Shown: in pieces, positions 1-9,579 of the stretch
Layout of the letters: each line of letters starts with the position of its first letter
Numbering within the stretch: the first letter of the stretch is position 1
NCBI GenBank assembly: GCA_034667725.1
Contig: JAXDQS010000003.1
Span: forward strand, 448,001 to 512,000
DNA from: Thermoplasmata archaeon
GTDB lineage: Archaea > Thermoplasmatota > E2 > JACPAO01 > JAHFTW01
Length of the DNA: 64,000 bases
Direction: 5' to 3'
The notes under the pieces: generated by a model
Seen by the model: only the letters and a program-made list of their open reading frames with translations
The model's database searches: none
What the model was told of the DNA's origin: nothing
Position numbers and translations under genes: made by a program

Positions 1-565
1 CCTGCACCGCAAGCACGGCGCCGGCCGGCGGCTGCTCGCGCATCAACGTCTCCAGCAGGTCGGGCACGGCCAGGTAGGCCTGGCGGGTCTTGTCGGACAC
101 CAGCTTCGGCATCATCGCGTCCACCGCGGCGGCCATGCCGCGCGCCTGCAAGTCTGCGATGAGCTTGCGGCGGCCCGCCTTCGCCTCGTCCGAGTCGGCC
201 TCGGCGCGCGTGTCCACCAGCACGAGGCCGGACAGCAGCTCGCGGTGCCGCAGCGCCAACTGGAGCGCGACGTAGCCGCCCATGCTGAAGCCCACCACGA
301 TGCAGCGCCGCAGGCCCTTGTCCTCCAGCAACTGCGCCACGTCGCGCGCCATCGCCTCCATGGAGGCGGGCGCCGCGACGGGCGAGCGGCCGTGGCCGCG
401 CAGGTCGGGCACGACGACGCGGTAGCCGGCGGACGCCAGCACGGGGACGGTGGCCTTCCACATCCGACCGTCGAACGGGAAGCCGTGCAGCAGCACGACG
501 GGGCGGCCCTTGTCGGGGCCCATGGTTTCGCAGTGCAGCGGCGCGGGCGCGGGCGGCGCGGGCAT
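1..565 (-). CDS. Alpha/beta-fold hydrolase (enol-lactonase-like), 3' end outside the window
   Basis: Manual minus-strand translation from ATG 565: VVLLHGFPFDG, PDLRGHG, nucleophile motif GFSMGG. The start overlaps the stop of the upstream gene (TGATG). Confidence 0.85.
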   Translation of the reverse strand, partial: MPAPPAPAPLHCETMGPDKGRPVVLLHGFPFDGRMWKATVPVLASAGYRVVVPDLRGHGRSPVAAPASMEAMARDVAQLLEDKGLRRCIVVGFSMGGYVALQLALRHRELLSGLVLVDTRAEADSDEAKAGRRKLIADLQARGMAAAVDAMMPKLVSDKTRQAYLAVPDLLETLMREQPPAGAVLAVQ

Positions 566-1404
566 CAGGCGAACCTCGGCTGGCGCTTCTCGCGGAACGC
601 CGCGACGCCCTCGACAAAGTCGGCGGTCCCCGCCGCGGCGGCGATGAGGCCGCGCTCGGCGTCGAGCTGGGCCGCGAACGAGGCGGCCGCCTGCGACTCC
701 AGGAGCCGCTTGGTGGAGCCGCGGCTCAGGCGCGACCAGGCGCCCCACTTGCGCGCGACCTCCAAGGCACGCGGCAGCAGTTGATCGTCCGGCACCACCT
801 CGTCCACCAGACCGCACGCCAGCGCGTCGTCGGCGCCCAGCACCTGGTTCTCGAACAGGAACCGGCGCGTGCGCTGCTCCCCGATCAGGCGCGGCAGCAG
901 CCAGGTGGCGCCGCCGTCGGGGCTGAGGCCCATGCGGAAGTAGCTGGCGGCGAAGCGGGCGCCCGGCCCGGCGACGCGCGCGTCGGCCACCAGGGCCAGG
1001 CCGAGGCCGCCGCCGGCCGCGACCCCGTTGACCGCGGCCACGAGCGGCTTGTCGCCGACGTGGAGCGCGTGCAGCAGCGGGTGCAGCTCGGCGGTGGCGT
1101 CGAGGACCCACTGGGTCGCGGTGCCGGTGGCGATGCCGTGCTCGAAGGCGCCCACGTCGGCGCCGCTCGAGAACGCCTTGCCGGAGCCGGTGAGGACGAT
1201 GGCGCGCACCGCGTCGTCCAAGAGCAAGCCGCCGAACACCTGGCGGAGGTGGCGCAGCAGGACGGGGTCGAACGAGTTCATCGACTCGGCGCGCGTGAAC
1301 TGCACGACGGCGACCCCGCCCTCCTCGTGCCGCAGCGCGACCTGGGAGGCGGGGCTGGGCGGGTCCGTGACCTGGCGGACGGGGGCGGGCGTCTTGACGT
1401 GCAT
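565..1404 (-). CDS. Enoyl-CoA hydratase/isomerase family protein (PaaG-like)
   Basis: AFSSGADV, AAVNGVAAGGG, GLSPDGG, DFVEGVAAFREKRQPRF. Start placed at ATG 1404 inside track ORF 565..1641. Confidence 0.9.
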   Translation of the reverse strand: MHVKTPAPVRQVTDPPSPASQVALRHEEGGVAVVQFTRAESMNSFDPVLLRHLRQVFGGLLLDDAVRAIVLTGSGKAFSSGADVGAFEHGIATGTATQWVLDATAELHPLLHALHVGDKPLVAAVNGVAAGGGLGLALVADARVAGPGARFAASYFRMGLSPDGGATWLLPRLIGEQRTRRFLFENQVLGADDALACGLVDEVVPDDQLLPRALEVARKWGAWSRLSRGSTKRLLESQAAASFAAQLDAERGLIAAAAGTADFVEGVAAFREKRQPRFA

Positions 1405-1439
1405 GGGGGCCCGATGGGGGGCGGGACTTAGGGCTTGTC

Positions 1440-1898
1440 TCAGAGGCGGAACCCGAGCTTCACGGCGCCGTCCGCCTGGACCGCGGCCGCGCCTTCCTCG
1501 GCGGGGAAGAGCGAGACGGTCCAGGAGCCGGCGCGCGGGTTCGGCACCTCGAGCCGGAGCGGCGAGGTCCCGGAGACCTGATGCTCGCCGCCGTTGAGCT
1601 GGAGCAGCAAGGCGCAGGCGGGGCCGGAGGCGCAGGTCCACTTGGCGGTCGCCTCCAGCAAGGTGGCGTTCTCGGCCACCTTGAGCCTGGCGCCCTGGAG
1701 CCCGGGGCCGGTGGTCATCCCGAAGGCCGGGGTGCCGGCGCCGTCGAAGGTGAACGGGAAGGTCGCGTTCTGGGGCAGCGGGTCGGCCGGCGTGGGTTCC
1801 GGAACGCCCACATCAGGGCTGGGCATGGCGTCGTCGCCCAGGGAGGCGCAGCCGGACAGCAGCAACAGGGACAACAGGGGCAGGAGGCGCGCGGCCAT
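1440..1898 (-). CDS. Hypothetical lipoprotein
   Basis: Hydrophobic signal ending LLLSGC, Pro-rich linker, beta-rich domain. Confidence 0.75.
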   Translation of the reverse strand: MAARLLPLLSLLLLSGCASLGDDAMPSPDVGVPEPTPADPLPQNATFPFTFDGAGTPAFGMTTGPGLQGARLKVAENATLLEATAKWTCASGPACALLLQLNGGEHQVSGTSPLRLEVPNPRAGSWTVSLFPAEEGAAAVQADGAVKLGFRL

Positions 1899-1949
1899 GG
1901 CTCCCGCTTCGCGGCCGGGTATTTCAGCAGATTGCGCGTTTTGCCGAAG

Positions 1950-3392
1950 TCACGCGAGGCTGACGTTCACGTTCTTGGTGCGCGTGTAGAAGCCCATGGC
2001 GTCGCGGCCCTGCTCGGCGCCGATGCCGGACTTCTTCCAGCCGGTGAACGGCGTCTGCGGGAACGTGATGGGGTATTCGTTGACGGACACCATGCCGCAT
2101 TGCAGGTCGCGGGCGATGCGGTGGGCGCTCGCCAAGTCCTTGGTCCAGACGCCGTTCAGGAGGCCGAAGTCGGAGTCGTTGGCGAGGCGGACGGCGTCAT
2201 CCACGCCCGCGAACGGCATGACGCTCAGCACGGGGCCGAAGATCTCCTCGCGCCAGACGGGGTTGCTGGCCTCGACGCCGGTGAAGATGGTGGGCTCGAC
2301 GAAGGCGCCGGCCGCAAGCTCGGGGCTGGCGGGGGCCTTGCCGCCCAAGACCAGCTTGGCGCCCTTGTCGGTGCCCTTCTCCACCAGGCCGAGGACCGAC
2401 TTGCGCTGGCCTTGGCTGACCATCGAGCCGATGCGGACGCCGTCGGCGGTGCCAGGGCCGATCTTCCAGCCGGCCGCCTCGGTCTTGACGGCCTCCACGA
2501 GCGCGTCGTGGATGGACTCGTGGGCCAAGAGGCGCGAGCCGGCCCAGCACATCTGGCCGGCGTTCATGAAGATGCCAAAGCAGATGCCCTTCGCGGCCTT
2601 CTTGAGGTCGGCGTCGGGCAGGACGACGTGGGCGCCCTTGCCGCCAAGCTCCAGCGTGACGGGCGTGACGTTGTTGGCGGCGGCCTTCATGACCTCGACG
2701 CCGGTGGGCACGGAACCCGTGAGCGAGACGCCGTCGACGCCGGGGTGGGCCGCGAGCCGGCTGCCGACCTCGCCGCCAGGGCCAGTGAGGACTTGGAGGA
2801 CGCCCTTCGGAAGGCCCGCCTCCTCGGCGAGCTTGGCCCATTGCAGGAGCGACAGGGGCGTCAGGCTGGCCGGCTTGGCGATGACGGTGCAGCCGGCGGC
2901 CAGGGCAGGCGCGATGGAGCGGACCGCCAACTGGAGCGGGAAGTTCCACGGCACGATGTGGGCGGTGACCCCGAGCGGCTGCTGGAGGGTGTAGTCGAGG
3001 CGGTCGCCGGGGACGGGGATGGTGCGGCCCTCCACCTTGTCGGTCCAGCCGGCGAAGTAGTCCAGCGTCGAGGCGGCAAAGCGGACGTCGCCGGCGGCCT
3101 CCTTGAGGGTCTTGCCGTTGTTGCGCGACTCCGTCAGGGCGAGCTCCTTGGCGTTGGCGGTGGTGAGCCAGGCCAGCTTCTGCAGGATGCGCCCGCGCTG
3201 GGCGGGATCCATGGTGCGCCACTCCTTGGACTCGAAGGCGGCGCGGCTGGCGGCCACTGCGGCGTCGACGTCGGCGCGGGTGCCCTGCGGGACCTGGGCG
3301 AGGACCTGGCCGGTGGCGGGGTCGAGGACGGGGGCGGTGGGGCGGTCGGAGGTCCATTCCCCGCCGAGGAGCATCGCAGCCGGTTGCGTCAT
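1950..3392 (-). CDS. NAD(P)-dependent aldehyde dehydrogenase
   Basis: IVPWNFP, LTGS, LELGGK, NAGQMCWAG (catalytic Cys), EEIFGPV, GWKKSGIG. Confidence 0.95.
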   Translation of the reverse strand: MTQPAAMLLGGEWTSDRPTAPVLDPATGQVLAQVPQGTRADVDAAVAASRAAFESKEWRTMDPAQRGRILQKLAWLTTANAKELALTESRNNGKTLKEAAGDVRFAASTLDYFAGWTDKVEGRTIPVPGDRLDYTLQQPLGVTAHIVPWNFPLQLAVRSIAPALAAGCTVIAKPASLTPLSLLQWAKLAEEAGLPKGVLQVLTGPGGEVGSRLAAHPGVDGVSLTGSVPTGVEVMKAAANNVTPVTLELGGKGAHVVLPDADLKKAAKGICFGIFMNAGQMCWAGSRLLAHESIHDALVEAVKTEAAGWKIGPGTADGVRIGSMVSQGQRKSVLGLVEKGTDKGAKLVLGGKAPASPELAAGAFVEPTIFTGVEASNPVWREEIFGPVLSVMPFAGVDDAVRLANDSDFGLLNGVWTKDLASAHRIARDLQCGMVSVNEYPITFPQTPFTGWKKSGIGAEQGRDAMGFYTRTKNVNVSLA

Positions 3393-3458
3393 GGGGGGCG
3401 GGAGGGGAACGGGGGTGAAAACCGATCGGTGGACGGTTCGCGGCGGATTCCTGGGGGT

Positions 3459-3671
3459 CCGTGGAATCTGTGTCTAGTGGCGCCCGCTACGAGCACTGAT
3501 TTTCCCAGATTTGGAAGATTCCCACAGACCATCTGTGGAATTCTGTTCCTAGGCCCTGCCAACTCCAAAGCCAAGGTCTGTGGAATCTGTGTCTAGTTGC
3601 GGCCGTGACGAGCACCGATTCTCTCAGATCCAGAAGATTCCCACAGAACTCTGTGTGGAAGCTGTGTCCAG
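3459..3671. repeat. Palindromic dispersed repeat cluster (partial unit, long variant 3488-3596, short unit 3607-3671)
   Basis: Matches the consensus GACGRGCACYGATT-N5-CAGATTCGGAAGATTCCCACAGAACTCTGTGGAATCTGTGTCYAG seen at other intergenic sites. Confidence 0.9.
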
Positions 3672-3677
3672 CCGCCG

Positions 3678-4298
3678 CTAAGGATCCGGCGCCTCGGCCT
3701 GCATCCCCAGCCCGAACCGTAGCCCCACCTCGATCTCCAGGAGGTCGAACCGCCGGTCGAGCTTGCGCATCAGGTCCAGCACGGCCTTGGCGTACTTCTT
3801 GCGGTCGCGGTGGATGGCCGGCGCGTCCTCGTCGTCGGGCAGGAACTCGGGGGCCGCCAGGCTCGCGATGGTGGGGATGCCGGGGGCCCATTGCACGAGG
3901 TCGCCGCGGCCGCCGCGCGAGTGGCCGTGCTCGTCCGGCTTGGTGAGGTACTCGTAGAGCGGGTGCGACAGCAGGAGGTCGTCGAGCTCGGCGTGGCTGA
4001 CGTTGCGCGCCATCCAGTCGGCCACGAGGTCCTCGGGCACGAGCCAGCCGTCGTCGTCGGGGCAGTCCACGATCAGGAGGCGCTCGTCCTCGGAGCCGGC
4101 GAGGGACTCCTTGCGGAAGCCGCGTTGGGGGATGACGCGGCAGATGGTGCCGCCGCCCTCGAACTCGAACGGGAGGTCGCGGTCGTCCCAGAACGGCTCG
4201 CGGGCCACGAGCTGGAGCGGGCCGGCGCCTTGGCAGAGCGGGTGCGACAGGAGGGCAACGAGGTGGTCCCAGGGGCCGGCGGCGCGTGGCGGCATCAT
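3678..4298 (-). CDS. Hypothetical protein (about 206 aa)
   Basis: C-terminal part of track ORF 3678..5336 reads as globular protein. ATG 4298 overlaps the amidohydrolase stop (ATGA). Confidence 0.7.
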   Translation of the reverse strand: MMPPRAAGPWDHLVALLSHPLCQGAGPLQLVAREPFWDDRDLPFEFEGGGTICRVIPQRGFRKESLAGSEDERLLIVDCPDDDGWLVPEDLVADWMARNVSHAELDDLLLSHPLYEYLTKPDEHGHSRGGRGDLVQWAPGIPTIASLAAPEFLPDDEDAPAIHRDRKKYAKAVLDLMRKLDRRFDLLEIEVGLRFGLGMQAEAPDP

Positions 4299-5329
4299 GG
4301 CCCCTCCACCACGAACCCGGGCTTGCCCGTGCCCAGCGGCTGCCAGGGCGTCTCCGGAAGGACGACGAGGTCGAGGCTGGCGCCCTTCTTGGGCGGCCAG
4401 GCGGCCGGCAGCCCGGCAACACGGCGGGCGTTCCAGGTCGCCATCCGCAGCAGGTCCGCGACGGCGAGCTTCGGGTGCCAGGCTTGCAGCTGCGCCAACT
4501 CCATCCAGAGGTTGCCGTCGTGGAGCATGCCGTTGTCGGTCCCGACGGCGAGCGCGAGGCCGGCGTCCAGCATGGCGGGCACGGGGGTCTTGATGCCGTA
4601 CCAGGCGTTGCTGCGCGGGCACACCACCACCGGGACGTCGGCGTCGGCGGTGGCGCCCCATTCGCGCGGCGTCGCCCGCGTCATGTGCACCAGGAACGCC
4701 GGGTCGAGCGCCAGGATGTGCCCCAGCGGCTCCGGGCGGGCCTCGCTGGCGTGCAGCGCGAACGGCTTGCCGGCGCGGTGGGCCGCCTCCGACCACGCCT
4801 CCACGTCGCCCGGGTCGGCGAAGTCGCGCAGCGCCGACAGCCCGATGCCGTCGCACGCCGCCGCCAGCTCCTTGGCCTCGGCGTCGTCGAAGCCGGGCTC
4901 GCGCGGCCGGCCGAACACGCGCACCGGCACGCCGAGCTCGTCCGCGAGGCCGCGCAGCAGCGCCACGCCCGCCATGCCGCCCTCGCGGAAGTCGAGGACG
5001 GCGGCGGTGCCGATGGCGGCCATCTCGTCGGTGTAGGCCTGGATGCCGGCCGCGACCTCCTCGGGGCGGGCGCGGGCCAGCTCGCGTTGCTTCCAGCCGC
5101 CGGGCCCGACCAGCTCGTGGACGGTGCGCGGCTTGCCGGGCCGGGTGCGCAGGCAGGCGTCCGCGACGTGGGTGTGCGCGTTGACGGGCGCCGGCACGAT
5201 CCAGCCGCGCGCGTCCGGCTTGCCGTCTGGCTTGCCTTCGCCCCACGCCACCGCGCGGCCGCCGTCGGCCTCCAGCCAGCCCTCGAGGACTTCGTCCTGG
5301 AGGAGGATCCGGCCGGCGAACAGCGCCAC
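4295..5329 (-). CDS. Amidohydrolase/deaminase family metallohydrolase
   Basis: VNAHTHVAD (HxH), ALHASE, LVHMT, CPRSN, VGTDN. GTG start inferred. Confidence 0.85.
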   Translation of the reverse strand: MALFAGRILLQDEVLEGWLEADGGRAVAWGEGKPDGKPDARGWIVPAPVNAHTHVADACLRTRPGKPRTVHELVGPGGWKQRELARARPEEVAAGIQAYTDEMAAIGTAAVLDFREGGMAGVALLRGLADELGVPVRVFGRPREPGFDDAEAKELAAACDGIGLSALRDFADPGDVEAWSEAAHRAGKPFALHASEARPEPLGHILALDPAFLVHMTRATPREWGATADADVPVVVCPRSNAWYGIKTPVPAMLDAGLALAVGTDNGMLHDGNLWMELAQLQAWHPKLAVADLLRMATWNARRVAGLPAAWPPKKGASLDLVVLPETPWQPLGTGKPGFVVEGP

Positions 5330-5386
5330 GCCGCACGCATGGGCCGGCCCGGCAAAGCCTTGATGGGCGGCCCGGTGGCGAGCGCG

Positions 5387-6877
5387 ATGGGGCCCGGGGT
5401 CGTGCTGGCGGTGGACGAAGGCACGACCGGCGTCACCGCCTTGGTGCTGGACGCCGCCGGCGGCGTCGTGGGCCGCGCCTACCGCGAGGTCGGGCAGGCG
5501 TACCCGCGGCCGGGCTGGGTCGAGCAGGACGCGGCGGCCATGCTGGAGGCGGTCGTGTGGACCGGCCGCGCCGCCCTGCGCACCGCCAAGGCCGAGCCGC
5601 GCGACGTCGTGGCCGTGGGCCTTGCCAACCAGCGCGAGACGACGGTGCTGTGGGACCGCGACACCGGCGCCCCCGCGGCCCCCGCCATCGTGTGGCAGGA
5701 CCGCCGCACGGCCCCGCGCTGCGCCGACCTGCGGCCGCAATGGGCGGCCAAGATTCGTCGCCGCACCGGCCTCGTCCTGGACCCGTACTTCTCCGCCACC
5801 AAGCTGGAATGGCTGCTGCGCGACGGGCCCGGCAACGACCGGCTGCTCCAGAAGGCGCGTGAAGGGCGGCTCGCGGCCGGCACCGTGGACGCCTGGCTGC
5901 TGCACCAGCTCACGGGCCAGCACGCCACCGACCCGACCAACGCCAGCCGCACCATGCTGTGGGACATCCACAAGGGCGCCTGGGACGATGAGCTGCTGGA
6001 GCTGTTCGGCGTGCCGGAGCGGCTGCTGCCCGAGGTGCGGCCATCCAGCGGCGACTTCGGCACCACCGAGGCGTTCGGCCACCCAATGCCCGTCCTGGGC
6101 GTCGCGGGCGACCAGCAGGCGGCGCTGTTCGGGCAGGCCTGCACCAAAGCCGGCGAGGCAAAGTCCACCTACGGCACCGGCTGCTTCCTCCTCCAGCACA
6201 CGGGCGGCGACGCCATCCGAAGCCGCCACGGCCTCCTCACCACCCGCGCCGCCTCCACCGGCCGCGCCGCCCAGTTCGCCCTCGAAGGCAGCGTGTTCTC
6301 CGCCGGCAGCGCCATCCAATGGCTGCGCGACCAGCTTGCCCTCCTGCGCGCCGCCCCCGAAGCCGACGCGCTGGCCGAGCAGGTCCCCGACGCCGGCGGC
6401 GTCATGGTCGTGCCCGCCTTCACCGGCCTGGGCGCGCCCCATTGGGACCCCGACGCCCGCGGCGCCGTCCTTGGCCTCAGCCGCGGCTCCGACCGCCGCC
6501 ACCTCGCCCGCGCCGTGCTGGAGGCCATCGCGTTCCAGGCCACCGAGGTCATGGCCGCCATGCAGAAGGACTCTCAGCTCCCGATCCCCCGCCTGCGCGT
6601 CGACGGCGGCGCCGCCCAAAGCGCCCCGATGCTCCAGTTCCAGGCCGACCTGCTGCAACGCCCCGTCGTCCGCCCCGCCAACCTGGAGACCACCGCCATG
6701 GGCGCCGCCTGCCTCGCCGGCCTGGCCGCCGGCGCGTGGAAGCTCGCCGACCTCCGGAAGCCGCGCGCCGGCGACGCCGTCGTCGCGCCCACGATGGCCG
6801 CCGCGGCCGCGAAGCGCCGCATGGCCCAGTGGCGCAAGGCGGTCGCGGCGGTGCGGGCGTACGGGGCGGGCGCATGA
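5387..6877 (+). CDS. glpK: Glycerol kinase
   Basis: AVDEGTTG, PGWVEQD, NQRET, IVWQDRRT, DPYFSATK, GDQQAALFG, KSTYGTGCF, PAFTGLGAPHWD. Confidence 0.95.
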   Translation: MGPGVVLAVDEGTTGVTALVLDAAGGVVGRAYREVGQAYPRPGWVEQDAAAMLEAVVWTGRAALRTAKAEPRDVVAVGLANQRETTVLWDRDTGAPAAPAIVWQDRRTAPRCADLRPQWAAKIRRRTGLVLDPYFSATKLEWLLRDGPGNDRLLQKAREGRLAAGTVDAWLLHQLTGQHATDPTNASRTMLWDIHKGAWDDELLELFGVPERLLPEVRPSSGDFGTTEAFGHPMPVLGVAGDQQAALFGQACTKAGEAKSTYGTGCFLLQHTGGDAIRSRHGLLTTRAASTGRAAQFALEGSVFSAGSAIQWLRDQLALLRAAPEADALAEQVPDAGGVMVVPAFTGLGAPHWDPDARGAVLGLSRGSDRRHLARAVLEAIAFQATEVMAAMQKDSQLPIPRLRVDGGAAQSAPMLQFQADLLQRPVVRPANLETTAMGAACLAGLAAGAWKLADLRKPRAGDAVVAPTMAAAAAKRRMAQWRKAVAAVRAYGAGA

Positions 6878-7467
6878 GCGGCCGGCGCCGCGCCATCGCG
6901 ACTTTGTGGACCCTGTTCGCCCTGCTGTGGGTGGCGATGGCCATCGCGCCGCTCGACCGCGGCGACTGGCTGCTGGAGAACCTGCTGGTGTTCCTCGGCG
7001 TGCCCGCCTTCTGGCTGCTGCACCGCCGCGTCCCGTTGTCGCTCGGGTCGCACGCCTTGGTCGTGGCCTTCCTGTCGCTGCACGTCGTCGGCGCGCACTG
7101 GAGCTACGCCCGGGTGCCCATCGATTGGGCCGCCCTCGGCTTCGAGCGCAACCACTACGACCGCGTCGTCCACTTCGCCTACGGCCTGCTGCTGGCGCCG
7201 CCCATCCTGGAATGGCTGGAGCGCACCGGCCGGGGCAAAGGCCTCTGGGGCGCCGGCCTCGCCGTGCAGGCCATCCTGGCCTCGTCGGCCCTCTACGAGA
7301 TCGTCGAGTGGCTCACCGCGATCGTCGTCGCCCCCGACCTGGGCGCGGCCTTCCTCGGCACCCAAGGCGACGAGTTCGACGCCGTCACCGACATGGCGCT
7401 GGCCGGGCTGGGCGCCGTGGTGGCGATGGGGGCGTGGGTGGTGGCAAGGCGCGTCAGGTCGCCTTGA
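6874..7467 (+). CDS. DUF2238/YjdF-like membrane protein
   Basis: DWLLEN, GAHWSYARVP, RNHYDRVVHFAYG, YEIVEW, FLGTQGDEFD. ATGA overlap with glpK. Confidence 0.85.
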   Translation: MSGRRRAIATLWTLFALLWVAMAIAPLDRGDWLLENLLVFLGVPAFWLLHRRVPLSLGSHALVVAFLSLHVVGAHWSYARVPIDWAALGFERNHYDRVVHFAYGLLLAPPILEWLERTGRGKGLWGAGLAVQAILASSALYEIVEWLTAIVVAPDLGAAFLGTQGDEFDAVTDMALAGLGAVVAMGAWVVARRVRSP

Positions 7468-7837
7468 CGACCATCGCCATGCCCGAAGTCATCGTGCCAT
7501 GGAAACGGCACCAGACATGGTAGGTCCCGGCGGTCGCGAAGGTGAAGGAGGTGTCGCTGCCCACCTCTACCGTCTGGTTCAGCTTGGTCACCTCGATCGG
7601 GTCGCCCACCCAGTGGATGGTGACGGTGTGGCGGCGCGCGCCCTCGTTGTCGAAGCGGACCAGCGTCCCCTTGGCGACGTCCAGGGTGGTCGGGTCGAAC
7701 ATGTTGTCGCGCAGCGCCACCTCGTCCGCGTCCTGGGCGCCGGTGGTCGGCGTCGTGGAGGTGGACTTGTTGCCGTCGTTCGCCATGCAGCCGGAAAGCA
7801 GGAGCGCCACGGCCAAGCTGGCCAGGAGGACTTTCAT
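7454..7837 (-). CDS. Cupredoxin (halocyanin/plastocyanin-like) lipoprotein
   Basis: Lipobox LLSGC; type-1 Cu ligands RHTVT and CRFHGTMTSGM. Confidence 0.9.
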   Translation of the reverse strand: MKVLLASLAVALLLSGCMANDGNKSTSTTPTTGAQDADEVALRDNMFDPTTLDVAKGTLVRFDNEGARRHTVTIHWVGDPIEVTKLNQTVEVGSDTSFTFATAGTYHVWCRFHGTMTSGMAMVVKAT

Positions 7838-7912
7838 GCGTCGGCCAGGAAGAAAGCGGGTTTGACGGTGTTGCTGGCGGCAAACGGCGAAGGGTGTCCA
7901 GTCGGGGCGCGC

Positions 7913-8050
7913 GACGGGCACCGATTTCCCCAGATTCGGAAGATTCCCACAGAACTCTGTGGAATCTGTGTCCAGCCGGCGGCCCGCGACGAGCACTGAT
8001 TTCCTCAGATTGGGAAGATTCCCACAGAACTCTGTGGAATCTGTGTCCAG
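7913..8050. repeat. Two tandem 63-bp palindromic repeat units (7913-7975, 7988-8050)
   Basis: Near-identical units with a 75-bp period and an internal ATTCCCACAG-AACT-CTGTGGAAT hairpin. Confidence 0.95.
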
Positions 8051-8111
8051 TGGGCGTTCACCCACCATCTACCGAACCCACCCAAGACACCGAGCGTCTG
8101 GTTGCTCCGAC

Positions 8112-9473
8112 TTACGCCTTGCTGGCCTTGAGCGCCTCGCCCAGCACGTCCATGGCGCCGTCGACCTGCTCGCGGTTGACGTTGAGGCTCGGGATGACGC
8201 GCAGGCTCGACTTGCCGCACGCCAACAAGATCAAACCGCGCTTCCAGGCGGCCTGCTCGACGGCGTCGCGGACCTTGGGGTCGGGCACGCGGCCCTTGCC
8301 CACGAACTCGAACGCGCGCATGAGCCCGAGGCCGCGGTGGTCGCCGATGGCCTTGTGGCCGTCCCGCAGCTCGTCCATGCGCTTCTGGAGATGCACACCC
8401 ATCTTGGCCGCGTTCTCGACGAGACGCTCGTCCTGCAGCACGTCGAGGGTGGCGAGGCTGGCGGCGCAGCCGACGAGGTTGCCGCCGTAGGTGTTGGAGT
8501 GCTTGCCCTTCTCGCGGAAGTCGAGGTCCTTGCGGACGGCGCAGGCGCCGATGGGGAAGCCGGAGCCCATCGCCTTGGCCATCGCCACGATGTCGGCGCG
8601 GATGCCGAAATGCTCGGTGGCGAACCACTTGCCGGTGCGGCCGAAGCCGGTCTGGACCTCGTCGGCGGCCAGCAGGATGCCGTGCTCGTCGCACAGCTTG
8701 CGGAGCATGACGGGGAACTGCTTGGGGGGGACGACGTAGCCGCCCTCGCCTTGGACGGGCTCCCAGAAGACGGCGGCGGTGTCGTGCGGCGGCATCAGGG
8801 TCTCGAACAGCACCTCGATCGACTCGATGGCGCGGTTGGCCAGCTCCTCGGGCTCCTCGTAGCCGTCGATGTGCCAGATGTTGCGGAACGGGTTGGGGAA
8901 CGGCGCGTGGAACACGCCGGGCATGGTGGGGAAGAAGCCCTCCTTGTGCCGGATCTTGGAGGCGGTCAGGGACAGGGCGCCTTGGGTGCGGCCGTGGAAC
9001 GCGCCGATGAACGCCAAGAACAGGGGGCGGCCGCCGTGGTGCTTGGCGACCTTGATGGCGGCCTCGTTGGCCTCGGTGCCGGACTGGCAGAAGAACACCT
9101 TGGACTCGCCCTCGATGGGCACGATGCCGGACAGGCGCTCGGCGAGGCGGGCCTGCTCCTCGTAGTAGAAGTCGGTGCCCGCGAAGTGCATCAAGCGCGC
9201 CGCCTGGTCCTGCACGGCCTGGACCACGCGCGGGTGGCAATGGCCGGTGTTCAGGACCCCGATGCCGGAGGCGAAGTCCAGGAGGATGTTGCCGTCGGCG
9301 TCCTCGACCACGACGCCGCGGCCCGTGACGGCCGTGACGGGGGCGGTCTTGGTCGTGGTGACGAGGTAACGGTCGTCGCGCTCGACGATGGCCCGCGTCT
9401 TCGGGCCCGGCAGCTCCGTCACGAGCTGCGGCCGCGTCTCCTTCCCGGTGATGCGGGTCTGCGCCACCTGCAT
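8112..9473 (-). CDS. Class III PLP aminotransferase (4-aminobutyrate/acetylornithine type)
   Basis: DFASGIGV, SGTEANE, FHGRT, EPVQGEGG, DEVQTGFGRTG, MAKAMG, NTYGGN. Confidence 0.95.
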   Translation of the reverse strand: MQVAQTRITGKETRPQLVTELPGPKTRAIVERDDRYLVTTTKTAPVTAVTGRGVVVEDADGNILLDFASGIGVLNTGHCHPRVVQAVQDQAARLMHFAGTDFYYEEQARLAERLSGIVPIEGESKVFFCQSGTEANEAAIKVAKHHGGRPLFLAFIGAFHGRTQGALSLTASKIRHKEGFFPTMPGVFHAPFPNPFRNIWHIDGYEEPEELANRAIESIEVLFETLMPPHDTAAVFWEPVQGEGGYVVPPKQFPVMLRKLCDEHGILLAADEVQTGFGRTGKWFATEHFGIRADIVAMAKAMGSGFPIGACAVRKDLDFREKGKHSNTYGGNLVGCAASLATLDVLQDERLVENAAKMGVHLQKRMDELRDGHKAIGDHRGLGLMRAFEFVGKGRVPDPKVRDAVEQAAWKRGLILLACGKSSLRVIPSLNVNREQVDGAMDVLGEALKASKA

Positions 9474-9579
9474 TGCGTTGCCCAGATGGGGCTTGAGGGA
9501 AAAGCCGTGCCGGTTGGTGGCAGGCCGGCCGCCGGCCGCCCAGTCAGCCTCATCAAGCACCCGAAGGTCGCGCCCTCCG

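Noticed and set aside
7913-8050. Tandem repeats as a CRISPR array
   Set aside because: Units are 63 bp with 10-14 nt similar linkers, only 1-3 per site, dispersed, and no cas genes are present.
7838-8068. Repeated peptide LDTDSTEFCGNLPNL in several track ORFs
   Set aside because: It is the translated DNA repeat. The real starts (e.g. 7837) lie downstream, and copies carry frame-breaking indels.
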